Assembly: GCA_038087875.1 (NCBI GenBank)
Contig: CM076000.1
Coordinates: 1,612,001-1,676,000, forward strand
Origin: Malacoraja senta
Lineage: Eukaryota
DNA: 64,000 nt
Reading direction: 5' to 3'
Shown: positions 36,626-48,013 of the stretch, piece by piece
Layout of the letters: the number at the start of each line of letters is the position of its first letter
How positions within the stretch are numbered: position 1 is the stretch's first letter
Notes under the pieces: generated by a model
Told to the model about the DNA's origin: nothing
The model's input: only the letters and a program-made list of their open reading frames with translations
The model's database searches: none
Translations under genes and position numbers: made by a program

Positions 36626-38126
36626 TGTTGATTTGTGACCCTTATAATAACAGTGGCCTCACACCAGGTCAGGTTATATAGAGTTTATTAGGAACCAGCA
36701 ATACAACGTCTCATTTGAGACTTCACTTTAAGACTAACGGAATGCAGCAGACCATGACGCTAACAAGATAGTGGGCGTAACTACAAATGCATGACTCATA
36801 GCATGAGCCACTAATCTACATCCCCCCTCTTAAAGAATCAATAACAATGTATACCCATAACTAAGCAAAGCAAATATCACAACCGATGACAGACTGGTGG
36901 AAAGACATAGTCCGGATACTTCACGACCGGCCTGCAAACACGACCGGCACGTGTACGATAGAGGCCATCTCCATTCTTTTTCTAAGGGGAAAGAGCAGGC
37001 GATTTCACCGCCGTGGGGGAGTGGACCAACACCTCTGGAGTCGAAGCAGGAGACTGTGGCGCAGGCAAAGATGGAACAGACAGAGGAACTGTCGCAGGCA
37101 TGGATTGTTGTGCTGGCAAGAGCATGCAAGGGTCACTAGATGCAGATTGAAATGAACTTGTACGATCCGGATAATAAGGAGGAGGGATTGGCTCCTTCAC
37201 AGGCAGAAGATGTTGCCTGTTGCGTCGGTAGGTGCCGCCATCGGCTCTAACAATGTACGAGCGTGGCTCCGAGGTGGGACCAGAAACCACCCCAATACGG
37301 TCATGGTCTTTGTCTGTCTGTAAGCGAACCACCTGTCCTTTGGTCAATGGCAGCTGAGGCCTACTCGTCTTGTCGAACCATTTCTTCTGAACGTCACGCT
37401 TCTGTTGCAACCTGGATTGAACTTCCTCAGATGGAAAGACATGTGGAATTAAAGTTTGCTCTGCTACGGGGAGCGAGGTACGGGTCTGCCTTGACAATAA
37501 TCGTTGAGCAGGTGAACCCAAGGCAGGGTCACGGGAAAAGTTGCGCAAGTTGAGCCAATCCAGGAATACGTCAGATTTAGCCCTGTGAGAGCGATCCATG
37601 AGTTGTTTTGCACTTCTGACAGCCCGTTAGACTGTGGATATTCAGGGCTGCTGGTGATGTGGTGAACATTCCAGCATCTGGCAAACTCTCTGAATTGTTG
37701 GCTGGTGAACTGACTGCCATTGTCAGTCAACAGCTTGCCTGGAGATCCGTGGACGGAAAAATGACGAGATAATTTTGAAATCACACCGCTGGAAATCAAT
37801 GTCGAACCATCTTGAATACGAATCCACGAGCACCAGGTACTGCTTGCCGTGCCATTCAAATAAATCAGCTGCCACTGTAGACCATGGGAGCGCAAGTGGA
37901 GACGTGGGTTCGTATCCCACTTCTGACACCATGTTGATTTGTGACCCTTATAATAACAGTGGCCTCACACCAGGTCAGGTTATATAGAGTTTATTAGGAA
38001 CCAGCAATACAACTTCTCACTTGAGAGTTCACTTTAAGACTAACGGAATGCAGCAGACCGCGACGCTAACAAGCTAGTGGGCGTAACTACAAATGCATGA
38101 CTCATAGCATGAGCCACTAATCTACA
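36626..38126 (-). mobile_element. Gypsy-type LTR retrotransposon (Mag/SURL-like), internally deleted, integrase remnant only
   Basis: Two 195-bp TG...CA LTRs (36626-36820, 37932-38126; 6 mismatches by eye) and a 5-bp TSD GGCTG. PPT AGAGGGGGGA at 36821-36830 and a tRNA-Leu PBS next to the 5' LTR. Integrase motifs PWSTVAADLF, VDSYSRW, LTDNGSQF, YPQSNGLSE and RSYIV...GTYRRNRQHL, with frameshifts. Confidence 0.95.
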
Positions 38127-38402
38127 GGCTGCCCCACTGCGGCGACCTAATCCGCAAGTTCAGAAGAGTGTCTTCGACCTTCAAGCTCGAGGGCACTCGC
38201 CTGAAAAACCTCCAGCTGGATCGACCGTCAGCGATGAAACCGCGAGCTGGATCGACCGACCGCACACAAACACACACAAACAAATCGCAAAGGCGAGGGC
38301 CAGGGAAAGCAGGGGAACGCTGTCTGAAATTCACACCCGCGATGAAGAGGAAGGTAAAAGATGGCTGCACAGTGTACGTACGGTAAGTCCTTTAGAGAGC
38401 AC

Positions 38403-39205
38403 GGGGGGGGGGGAGGAGAGAGGGGGGGAGACAGAAGGGGGGGAGAGAAGGGGGGAGGGGGAGAAGGGGAGAGGGGGAGAAGGGGGGAGGGGGAGAAGGG
38501 GGGAGGGGGAGAAGGGGGGAGGGGGAGAAGGGGGGAGGGGGAGAAGGGGGGAGGGGGAGAAGGGGGGAGGGGGAGAAGGGGGGAGGGGGAGAAGGGGGGA
38601 GGGGGAGAAGGGGGGAGGGGGAGAAGGGGGGAGGGGGAGAAGGGGGGAGGGGGAGAAGGGGGGAGGGGGAGAAGGGGGGAGGGGGAGAAGGGGGGAGGGG
38701 GAGAAGGGGGGAGGGGGAGAAGGGGGGAGGGGGAGAAGGGGGGAGGGGGAGAAGGGGGGAGGGGGAGAAGGGGGGAGGGGGAGAAGGGGGGAGGGGGAGA
38801 AGGGGGGAGGGGGAGAAGGGGGGAGGGGGAGAAGGGGGGAGGGGGAGAAGGGGGGAGGGGGAGAAGGGGGAGAAGGGGGGAGGGGGAGAAGGGGGGAGGG
38901 GGAGAAGGGGGGAGGGGGAGAAGGGGGGAGGGGGAGAAGGGGGGAGGGGGAGAAGGGGGGAGGGGGAGAAGGGGGGAGGGGGAGAAGGGGGGAGGGGGAG
39001 AAGGGGGGAGGGGGAGAAGGGGGGAGGAGAAGGGGGGAGGAGAAGGGGGGAGGAGAAGGGGGGAGGAGAAGGGGGGAAGGAGGGTGGAGAAGGGGAGAGA
39101 ATGGGGAGGGGGAGAAGGGGAGGGGGGAGAAGGGGGAGGGGGGAGAAGGGAGAAGGAGGAGGGGGGAGAAGGGGGAGGGGGGAGAAGGGAGAAGGAGTGG
39201 GGAGA
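38403..39205. repeat. Purine-only minisatellite, 16-bp unit GGGGGAGAAGGGGGGA
   Basis: About 800 bp of G/A tandem repeat inside the TTAA-flanked element. Confidence 0.95.
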
Positions 39206-39610
39206 GACACTTTTAAGAAGCCAGACAACTTATAATAAAGTTTAGCGGGCATTGAACCTACCGGTCAGTTTTCCTTGGTCCTGAAAACTCCAATGAGCCA
39301 ATTAAAATGCCCGGTCAGCGAAGGAGATTGCCTACGGCTGCCATCGACTGTCTGTAACTACATAGCGACCCCACTCCACTACGAGTTCAAAATAACCTTG
39401 CCGACCAATATTTACTGCGGAAAATTTTTCAACATGCTGAAAAATTTTCCGCGACCTAGCTGAGGCCGTGTATTTGGGAACTTCCCTCGAGCATGAAGGA
39501 GAGTTCCAGTGACCTCATAGGACCACGTGTCGACCATGCTGCGAGTTTGAGTTGAGGGCAAAATTTTCTAAACTCACAGATTAGGTCGTCGCAGTGGGAC
39601 AGCCCCTTAA

Positions 39611-39851
39611 GTCAAGTCACATTTATTTATATAGCACATTTAAAAAACAACTCTCATTGGCCAAAGTGCTTTACATTTGTTATAAGAATAGCACAAACAA
39701 AACAAACTACATACATATATACATGTAGCCCTCACTCAGAGGACGTCAGGAAAGGCTTGGGAGTATAGATAAGTCTTTAGTCTTGACTTAAAAGAGTAGA
39801 TGGAGGGGGCAGTTCTGATGGGAAAGGGGATGCTGTTCCACAGTCTAGGGG
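39611..39851 (-). mobile_element. L2-clade LINE 3' end
   Basis: Minus strand reads LWNSIP.PIRTAPSIYSFKSRLKTYLYSQAF, then TGTAAAGCACTTTG...GTGCTATATAAATAAA and a short-repeat tail. Confidence 0.7.
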
Positions 39852-41719
39852 ATGGTTAGAAGCGAACAATTTCAACTAAGACCAATTACCATGAACATTT
39901 ATTGATTTTCCCATATGTAGTTGCAATGATACAAAATCAGAATATCCCACATCCAATGGCTATATTTTATGGCCTTAAAGTATCAATGGATGTAACATTG
40001 TTTGGTTACAAGTAGTTTACAAGTGTCAAAGATATTTGCCATGTCATTTTCCTAAAGGCAATGTATCCGTTTGATTGTGGGGTTGTTACATATAAAGAGG
40101 TTTATCTTTTGAATAAACTAGTTACCCGTATGTCATAATTCCTAAGATGTTTGCACCTCAGTAGCTTATATTCCAGTCTTAAAAAATGTTTTAAAAATTA
40201 ATGGGAGAATTTGAATTATTCGATTTTTGGAAGCCATGAACCATGTGTTATGAACCATAAAACAGCCTGCAGATTCTGTTTGCATCAACTCACCCTGAAC
40301 ATGACCCTAATGCACTGCAAGCAAATAAAATTGCACAATAGTGCTTTAAAATCAAAAAGCACATTACAGCAAATGGAGTGGGCCCCCATTTTCTGCTCTC
40401 CCTTTAAACCCCATGTGGCCGTTTCCGAATCTCTCCTTAAACTACTTGAGTCCCTATCTTCAGATCTCACAAAGGCCCCATTTCTGCTCTCCATTTAAAT
40501 TCAACAGGTTAATTGGGAAACTATTAAAGCACTGCATACCATTTAAAAAGTGAATTAACAGTATTTTGAAGTATTATAACATCTCCCTAGCCATCATCAC
40601 TAAAAACCCAATTGTGCTGGATTGTTGGGGAGTTTTATTACAGTTGAAGAATGGGAGTTGGAAATGGGCAGGGAAGTTGTGCTTCTGTTTAATTTTCCAG
40701 ACACTGCCTGACCTGTTGTCTTTCCATAATTTTTCACTTTTAATCACAGATATAATTAGCCCGCAGTTTTAAAGAAAAATGCAAGCTTTGAAAACCTCTC
40801 ATACAGCTACTTTAACAAAGACAATTCACAGAAACATCAAAATTTCACACCAACTGATGCAAGGAAGTATTAGTAGATAGCTAGAGTTACTCAAAAGAAT
40901 TATGTTTCAAGACATATTTTTTAAAAGAGATACAGGTGGGGAGTTTTAGGATAGGAATTTCTAAACTAAGGACGTTAGCAATAAAAACGTGCGATACTTT
41001 GGAGGCCAAAAACAAAGAAGAGCAGAGACGAGGGTTGAAGATAAGGGGATGTTATAAGCATACTGCAAATGTCTTGGAAATTGAATCCATTGGGGGAGGT
41101 TCAATATTATGAACATTCATCACCTACAATTTGAATACCATGCACAAAATACACACAGTTAACGTTTTAAAAACATTACAAAAAGGAAAACCTTTGATTA
41201 TTGGAGTTCATATTATAGTTTTTTCACTCCCTCTCCATCCTCCTGAAGCTATCTGCTTGATACATGTTCCAGTACTGCTAGTCTCCATTTGTGAACTGCA
41301 GGACATTAAGCATGCTTGTTGTGTGCTGATGCATCAGTAAAATTTGATCCTGCTGTCACTCAATCTCCACACATTTTATGTATAATTAACAAACATTTCC
41401 CTTTATTTAAAGCACAGCTTAATATTGCAAAACCACCCAGACACTTCTCAATTGTGTTATTAAACAATGCAGGCACTTTTAAATATTATTATCAAACAAA
41501 ACTTGACACCAAGGAGACATGATGGCAAATGACCTAAATCTCAATTTGAGGTAGATTTTAATGTGCGCCTCGAAGAAACTAAGAGAGGTAGAATAAGATA
41601 TTTAAGAGATGAATTCTAGAGCTAACAATGTAATGCAACATCTGATCAAGATACCAGAATTGGAGGGGGTGCAATTATCGAGGTTTAATATCAATTATAG
41701 GGATGAGAACAAAGCCAAT

Positions 41720-42001
41720 GGCCCACTCTTAGTCACGTGTGTGACCAAAAAGGTGAAAAATTGTGGAATACATCTCTTCTAATTCTGAAAGCATTACAGG
41801 TACATTGTTTTGTACTGTATATATGATTCATATTTTTTTTCAGTTTATCGTGAAATTTAGCAGACATGCATTATAGTTCTGTAGGTAGGAAAATAACAAT
41901 GAATAAGATTAATCTCTTACAATAATTTTTTAATGTATCACTTTGTGATGACATCTGGTCACGTGTGTGACATTTTTGTTCACTTAATGACATAATGGGC
42001 C
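41720..42001. mobile_element. Candidate 282-bp MITE with a 4-bp TSD (possibly Sola-type)
   Basis: CAAT|GGCCCACTCTTAGTCA ... TGACATAATGGGCC|CAAT, with the internal motif GTCACGTGTGTGAC near both ends. Confidence 0.5.
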
Positions 42002-42799
42002 CAATACAGATTTGCTAAAAAAAAGAGTAATTTAAAACAGACTGTTTTAAACAGAATAGGTTAGCAAACACGTTTTTCCAGCAAACAGGATTGGGGCGAG
42101 TTAGGATAAGTGCAGTTTTAGATTATTTAATTTCAGGGTTACAGAAAATAGGAGATGACCATCAGGAGTGCACGGGAATCAAATCTAAGGGTACAGAGCT
42201 GTGGTGCGAGTTCCAGCTGCTGATGGGTGCCATTTGCCTCTGTTATGGAGATAGAAACAGGTCATCTGTGGTAGCACCTGAATGCAAAGTTCTTCACAGG
42301 TTCAGATGTGATACCAAGTTTGTGTAAATCTGGTTCAGTTTCACGTTTGCCTAGGACTGCATTGGAGACCCAGAAAAGAAACGGAGCTCGCAGCCAGGAT
42401 CAAAAACAATAGTTTCAATCTTCCCAGTGATTGTTTTGTAATTTGGAAACATTTTAAGGCAAGGAAGAAGAAAAAAAACAGCAGCTCGTTGAGAAATCTG
42501 CAGGGGAAATCAGTTGTAGTTTAGTACTTCCTGACCCAGAAGTTATGAGCTACAAATGAAAGACTGTTATCCCACAAAGCCAGGACAGGTTCTACGACAC
42601 ATAATGAACCCGGAATTCCTGATCTATGAGATCACTCTTTTACCCGAGGCAAAAAAACAAAAGATAGGCACGGAAATGTAATTCTTAGGGGGCATTTACA
42701 TACGCCCTTTCCTCCCATTTACTGAAAGCTATGAGGCTCAACTTTTAAAATGTAACTATTATGTTATTATCAGGAACGTTTTGCCTTAATTTAGGTTGG

Positions 42800-43660
42800 T
42801 AAATAGAGCACTCTACGCCACATGAAGCTCGTTTTGCTCGCGTCGTTACCGAGTACGTATTTTGAAAAAGCAGCAAAAACGATTCTTCAGGTGACGATTA
42901 GAATCGGATAAAAACCTGGCGTTCGGATTAAACTAATCAGATCCACAGGACAGTTGTTGCAGCCACTTACAACTGGACGGACTGCCCGGGAGTTGCCAGT
43001 GGTCGAGCAGCAGGTATCTGCTGCTCAACCCGAGCTCTCCTCTGCCGAGGGATGGGAGTGGGAGACCGACAAGGCTACTTCCTCTTCATACCACCGCCGC
43101 CGCGACTGTAATGCAATGGGTCAGAAACGGCGACCGTGCGTTTATCTTTTACTCACACACGCATAATTCAATCACGTAAGCGTAGTAAGACCAGCAGAGA
43201 ACGAGTGTGATGAAAATGACGGGGATCCAGCCGACTACCCGTTGACAACACCTCAGGACGTTAGTCGGCGCCATCTTGTTCCCTCCCCTACCCCTCCCGC
43301 CCACCCGGAATCCTCGTAGGAACCGTCAGTGCGCACGCGCGCACTGCCAAGGGGCGGGACCGTCGCCCGGCAACCAACACGATAAGGGCGACGCAGGCCG
43401 GAGCTGCTGCGATGGCAGTTCTGTGCCGTCTGACAGCTGGAGGTGATGGATCACGCCGGAGAAAGATTGGGCGCTGCTCCATTGATTACAGGCTACGAGT
43501 ATCGTTGAACCGTGAGGCGTTTTTTTTTTGAGCGCTTGAAGTTCTGAAGCGGCCTTATGAATGGTATTCTAGCTGAACGATGATTGCTTTTGTAGAAATT
43601 GCGGGTTTCGCGGTGTAAAATAATGACCATTTAAAAAAATGTTATCTATCCGTGTGTTAT
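42800..43660 (-). promoter_or_regulatory. ZDHHC20: CpG-rich promoter and first-exon region of ZDHHC20
   Basis: CpG density is locally high in unique sequence. Motifs: GC box GGGGCGGG near 43351, NRF1-like near-palindrome CAGTGCGCACGCGCGCACTG at 43327-43346, CCAAT on the minus strand at 43466-43470, and YY1-like AAGATGGCG over the start codon. Confidence 0.75.
43157..43274 (-). CDS. ZDHHC20: ZDHHC20 coding exon 1 (118 bp): [39 protein letters not shown]
   Basis: ATG at 43274-43272 in the context AAGATGGCG; GTGAGT donor at 43156-43151. The peptide matches the recalled ZDHHC20 N-terminus ([11 protein letters not shown]...WSYYAYV.ELC). The exon lies in a CpG-rich region, and MICU2 is upstream on the same strand as in human. 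Confidence 0.95.
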
Positions 43661-43764
43661 TGCGTTTATAGGCCTGTTAAGCTGCTACAAGTAAGAATTT
43701 CATTAGAACAGAAAGTTCTGGAGTAACTCGGTGGGTTCAGGCAGCATCTCTGGAGGACATCGGG

Positions 43765-44012
43765 CGGTACACAGTGGCACTGCTGGCAGAGCTGCTGCCT
43801 CACAGCGCCAGAGACACGGGTTCGATCCTGCCCTCGGCTGCTGTCTGTGTGGAGTTTGCACATACCCCATGTGACCGCGTGGGCTTCCCCGAGTGTTCCT
43901 GTTTCCATCCACACCTCAATGGTGTGCGGGTTTGTAGGTTTATTGCACTCTTGGATGAGAAGGTGAGGTAACATGGGTGGGCCGAGGAGCCTGTTTCCAT
44001 GCTGTATCTTTC
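43765..44012 (+). mobile_element. tRNA-derived HE1/V-SINE-like SINE just upstream of the ZDHHC20 promoter
   Basis: B-box GGTTCGATCC, V-domain-like TGTCTGTGTGGAGTTTGCAC, and the tail GCCGAGGAGCCTGTTTCCATGCTGTAT. Confidence 0.75.
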
Positions 44013-44069
44013 AATAAGTTGCTGCAAGTAAGAATTGTTCCGTTGACAGTACATGTGATAATTAAGCAG

Positions 44070-44450
44070 CTTGTTGGACAGGCTAGGACATCATTCTTTG
44101 GAGTACAGGAAGCTGAGAGGGGACGAATGCACAAAGTATTTTACCCAGAATAGGAATCAAGAAACAGAGGACATAGATTTAAGGTGAGAAGGACAATATT
44201 TAATAGGAACCTGAGGGGCAACATTTTCGCTCACATGGTGGTGGAAATGTGGAACAAGCTGCCAGAGAAAGTAGTTGAAGCAGCTACTATAACAACTTTT
44301 AAAGACATTTGGACAGGTACGTGTCATGCTGTGGATAGGAAAAGATTAGAGGAAAAGGGCCAGTTCAATGGGACTAGCTTAGATGGGGCATCTCAGCATG
44401 GATAATTTAGGCTAAAGAGCCTGTTTCTGTGCTTTATGACTCGATGACTA
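44070..44450 (+). mobile_element. Old CR1 3' fragment
   Basis: ORF 44184..44405 (MWNKLPEKVVEAATITTFK). Confidence 0.65.
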
Positions 44451-45689
44451 TTTCAGTGCTTAGTCTGGATGTGATCATTTCCTCACCCAATTAGTCTCTC
44501 ATACAAGCTCACTCTACTGGACGGTCAGTCTGGAAAGGTGGTGGAGAGACAAGTGAGCTAAGGATTTGTGAGACTCATAATGGTGGGTGTGTTGGACTGC
44601 CCCCAGTTGTCAGCCACCCTGCTGGGGAGGGGCAGTCTTCAGGCTGATGGGATGGGCAGTCTGGGGGCTAGTTAGATAGGTTCTTGCTGTTGGGTCAGGC
44701 AGCGTAGGACTATGGTTCCATCAATTGAGGCCTGAGAAAGAACAGTGCACCCCTGCCACCCAGACTAGTCACACCTCTCTGAAGGATAAATGGCTAACAG
44801 CACACAAATGGCAGCATAAAACAACCTTATTATTAGATGAAAATAAAAACTGCAGATAATAATTTCAGGTACCTGTAATTGCAAAGTGCTGACGGAAGCC
44901 AATGGTCAGGTGAGATCTGTGGAGAGAATGCAGTCTAAAAAAGGATGCCAACCCGAAACATCACTTGTCCATTCTTTCCACAGATGCTGCCTGACCCGCG
45001 GAGCTCCTCTAGTATTCTGTATTTTTATTAAGATACCAGCATCTTCAGATCCTTATGTCTTCATTGCAGGTAATTATCTGGCAATAATTCAATCAAGAAG
45101 ATTAGACAAGACTGTTTACACCCAGTAGGATGATGAAGGAAAATATTTTGGAGACCAATGGTTTGGCCAATCATTGCAGATTGCAAAGGATGCAGATGAA
45201 TACTTCACCTCTTCCCTGCAATAGATCCAAAGAATAGTTGTGGTCAAAGAATATTTACAAAAACAGATGCTCAACTTTTACACCCAGATATGTAGCAAGA
45301 ATGCTTTTTAATTTAATCATTTCTCACAGATCAAACAGGACTCTAAAATTCATTTTCAAAATGAGTGGAAAATTGAGGAAAATTGTTTCTAAAAGTAAGA
45401 ATGGAAATGTAAGCGGCATTGATTGGCCTCGTGAATAAACTATGTGAGTGAAGGGGAAATTATTGGGAGTTTTATAGTAGGTTTTAATCAGGCTATACAG
45501 TGATATTTGTTTGGGCTAATTGAGTGCTCTGTGTATAGATCTGGCTGATGACATTATTCCAAAAATAAGCACAACATGTAATGGTCATGCTTCTACTAAC
45601 TAAAGTACATTAAAGTCATCTTTTGGAAATCCAAATATCAGGATTGATGTTTATTAGAAATTATTTGCCCAACCAGTAAGAATGTTAAT

Positions 45690-45845
45690 GTTAGCCCTTT
45701 CCCCTGACTCTCAGTCTGAAGAAGGGTCTTGACCCAGCACGTCACCTCTCCTTTTCTCCAGAGATGCTGCCTGACCTGCTGAGTTACTCCAGTTTATTTG
45801 TGTCTATCTTCGGTTTAAACCAGCATCTGATGTTCCTTCCTACAC
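45690..45845 (+). mobile_element. Short Penelope-derived element with a 12-bp TSD and a degenerate hammerhead motif
   Basis: AAGAATGTTAAT at 45678-45689 and 45846-45857. Internal CTGAAGAAGGGTCTTGACCC...ACGTC. Confidence 0.65.
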
Positions 45846-46574
45846 AAGAATGTTAATAAACCTGAAACTGTTTAGAATTTGCCCTATCAAGATACAAAAT
45901 CTTAGTGATTGCAGGGCGAGCAATGATTGATCAATGGTCATGTGAACAGTGCAGTACAATGGAATTATGTAGTAGCATTTAATACATTATCTGTTGTGCA
46001 CAAAACAGTTAAGGGAAGTAAGAAAACACAGAATTAGACTGAGTCACGTCCCTTGGCCATTTTACCACATCTGATAGCTTTAGGCCAGATTCAGAAATTA
46101 GAATACAGGAGGGAAGATGTATGTTCATCTAACTGCAACTCATCAGTCGTGCTCACAGCATTTTAACAATGTCAGTGTACCTGTATTTGCCCTATTATGT
46201 TTCTTCCCTTTTACTCCAACATTTTGGTACAACTTATGGTTCTAATAATTTCCCCAAAATCCCAAACGAATGAAAATAAATTGTCAGTTATTTGAAGAAG
46301 TATCTTGAGTACAGACCATCTGGCTCTAAGGCCTTAACCCCATTGGATTTGGTATTTTGGTTGTTCTTCTCTAGTATCTTAATTATTATTACTATTAAAG
46401 TTTACATCTCATTTCCTGGGAAACCATTTTTTAAAGATAAAAACTGCATATGGTTCAATGAACATGAACGCAAAGAAATTATCAGGAAATCCAATATTTC
46501 CTAATTGCATCATACTATGTCGTTAAATACCTTTAAAAGCTGCGCCACTTATTTCATTCCCTGTTTACTTTGAA

Positions 46575-48013
46575 TCTATCTATCTCTATAACTTTAAAAC
46601 TCTCATCTTGAATGTGTGTGTGTGTATATGTGTGTGTCTTTATATGTTCGTCAAAACGCTACGTGGTAACGATAAAATGTTTACATATTCTGACACATTT
46701 TCCCCCTCTAAGCAGTGATCAGATTCACAAGATTTGATGCGATATTTCATGACTTATTGGTGATTAAAGTTTAAAAAAAAAGACAAAACTGCCTTTTAAG
46801 CTTTGACTGATGACGTCACAATGAGGTGGGCGGCCACGATGGCTCGGGTGACTTGGGGCCCGTTTCACACACAGAATATTCGACGAGCTTCGAGTGACGT
46901 CAGGATTTAAATTAGCATTCCGCAAGAATATAATTGCCCTATCTGGGATAAAAGACAATAAAACACTCTTGACTCTTGACCCCCGCACCCCCCCCCTTCC
47001 GCCCCTCCACACCCCTCCCACCCTCCTTGCCCCCCCTCCGCTCCACACCCCCCCACCGCCACCCCAACGTGGGGACGGTTGATTGCCTCCATAAATTCCA
47101 TAATTTTCCTTGTGGGGGGTAATTGACTCCGGGGGGCGCCTGTCTCCAGGGTGAGCATAGACGCCTGCCCCCCCCCCCCCCCTGTTGGGGGACGGGGCCC
47201 AACGGGTCCCAAGGTCTATATCTCTCAATCTCTCCTTGCCTCCCGTGTGGGCTATGGGTGAGTGGTGTAATATTGTGTTGGGGTCCCAGTTGGTCTAGTA
47301 TATTACTAAAACTCTCTTGTTTGTTTCTATGTCTTGTCGGAGTGCGTGCCTGTCTGTGATGTCCTGAAATTATGCCAAAATGGTACATGACAGCGCTACA
47401 ATTTTTGGCCCATCTTACTTACCATTGTCCTGTGGTGTGTTGTATCAAGTTTTGTTCAGATTGATGGTATATTGTACAAGTTATTCACAATTTATACTTT
47501 ACAAATCCCCACTTTGACAAAAATGTCTTCCATCTGCACTGGCAGTTAGCAGCGTATGTCATCACAATGGGATCTTGTTTACATAAACTGCCCATCAGCA
47601 GTGTTCCACCCCACAATGATATCACAATGGGATCTCATTTACATTAAAAAAACAACTCAGTTTTCAAAAACACAGCAGCTGCCACCTCACAATGACGTCA
47701 AGGTAGGGAGGGGGAGGGGTTATGGAGGGAGGGAGTGAATGAAGGTAGGGGAAAGGAGAGGGAGGGTGAAGAGGAGGGGGAGGAAGTGATGAGGATGAGG
47801 GAGAATGGAGGAGGATAGGGGTAGGAAGAGGGATGGCGAGGTGCACTTGGGGAGGGTTGCCGTGACTCGCATCACAACGGGGATCTCTGGCGTCACAACG
47901 AGAACCCATCAGCCGCGTCTGCGCAATTGGGGGTTATGGGTGAGTGGTGGAATATTGCGTTTGGGGACCAGCCCTCCCGTGTGACAAGGACCCATAGGTC
48001 CCACTTGGTCTAG
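46575..48013 (+). mobile_element. Second stack of non-autonomous Helitron-like elements
   Basis: TCTA-TCTA-TCTCTATAAC starts at 46575, 46579 and 46583. Ends at about 47218 (degenerate), 47298 and 48013 (GGACC CATA GGTCC hairpin plus ACTTGGTCTAG). A|T flanks. Internal blocks are shared with 19683-20575. Confidence 0.7.

Larger units (their letters stand above)
36619..39606. mobile_element. Non-autonomous DNA transposon with TTAA flanks and GGGG termini (Kolobok- or Harbinger-like); left TIR split by the LTR element
   Basis: Structure: TTAA|GGGGCTG[LTR insert]CCCCACTGCGGCGACCTAATC ... GATTAGGTCGTCGCAGTGGGACAGCCCC|TTAA. TTAA at 36615-36618 and 39607-39610. Confidence 0.75.

Noticed and set aside
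37897..37931. tRNA-Leu gene
   Set aside because: Only the 3' 35 nt are present, they include CCA, and they abut an LTR. This is primer-derived sequence, not a tRNA gene.
38361..39252. Long Gly/Glu/Arg-rich and Pro/Ser-rich ORFs (294 and 286 aa)
   Set aside because: They are translations of the stop-free purine minisatellite.
43412..43540. Divergent plus-strand ORF at the promoter (MAVLCRLTAG...)
   Set aside because: Only about 40 codons, with no recognisable homology and no downstream exons identified.
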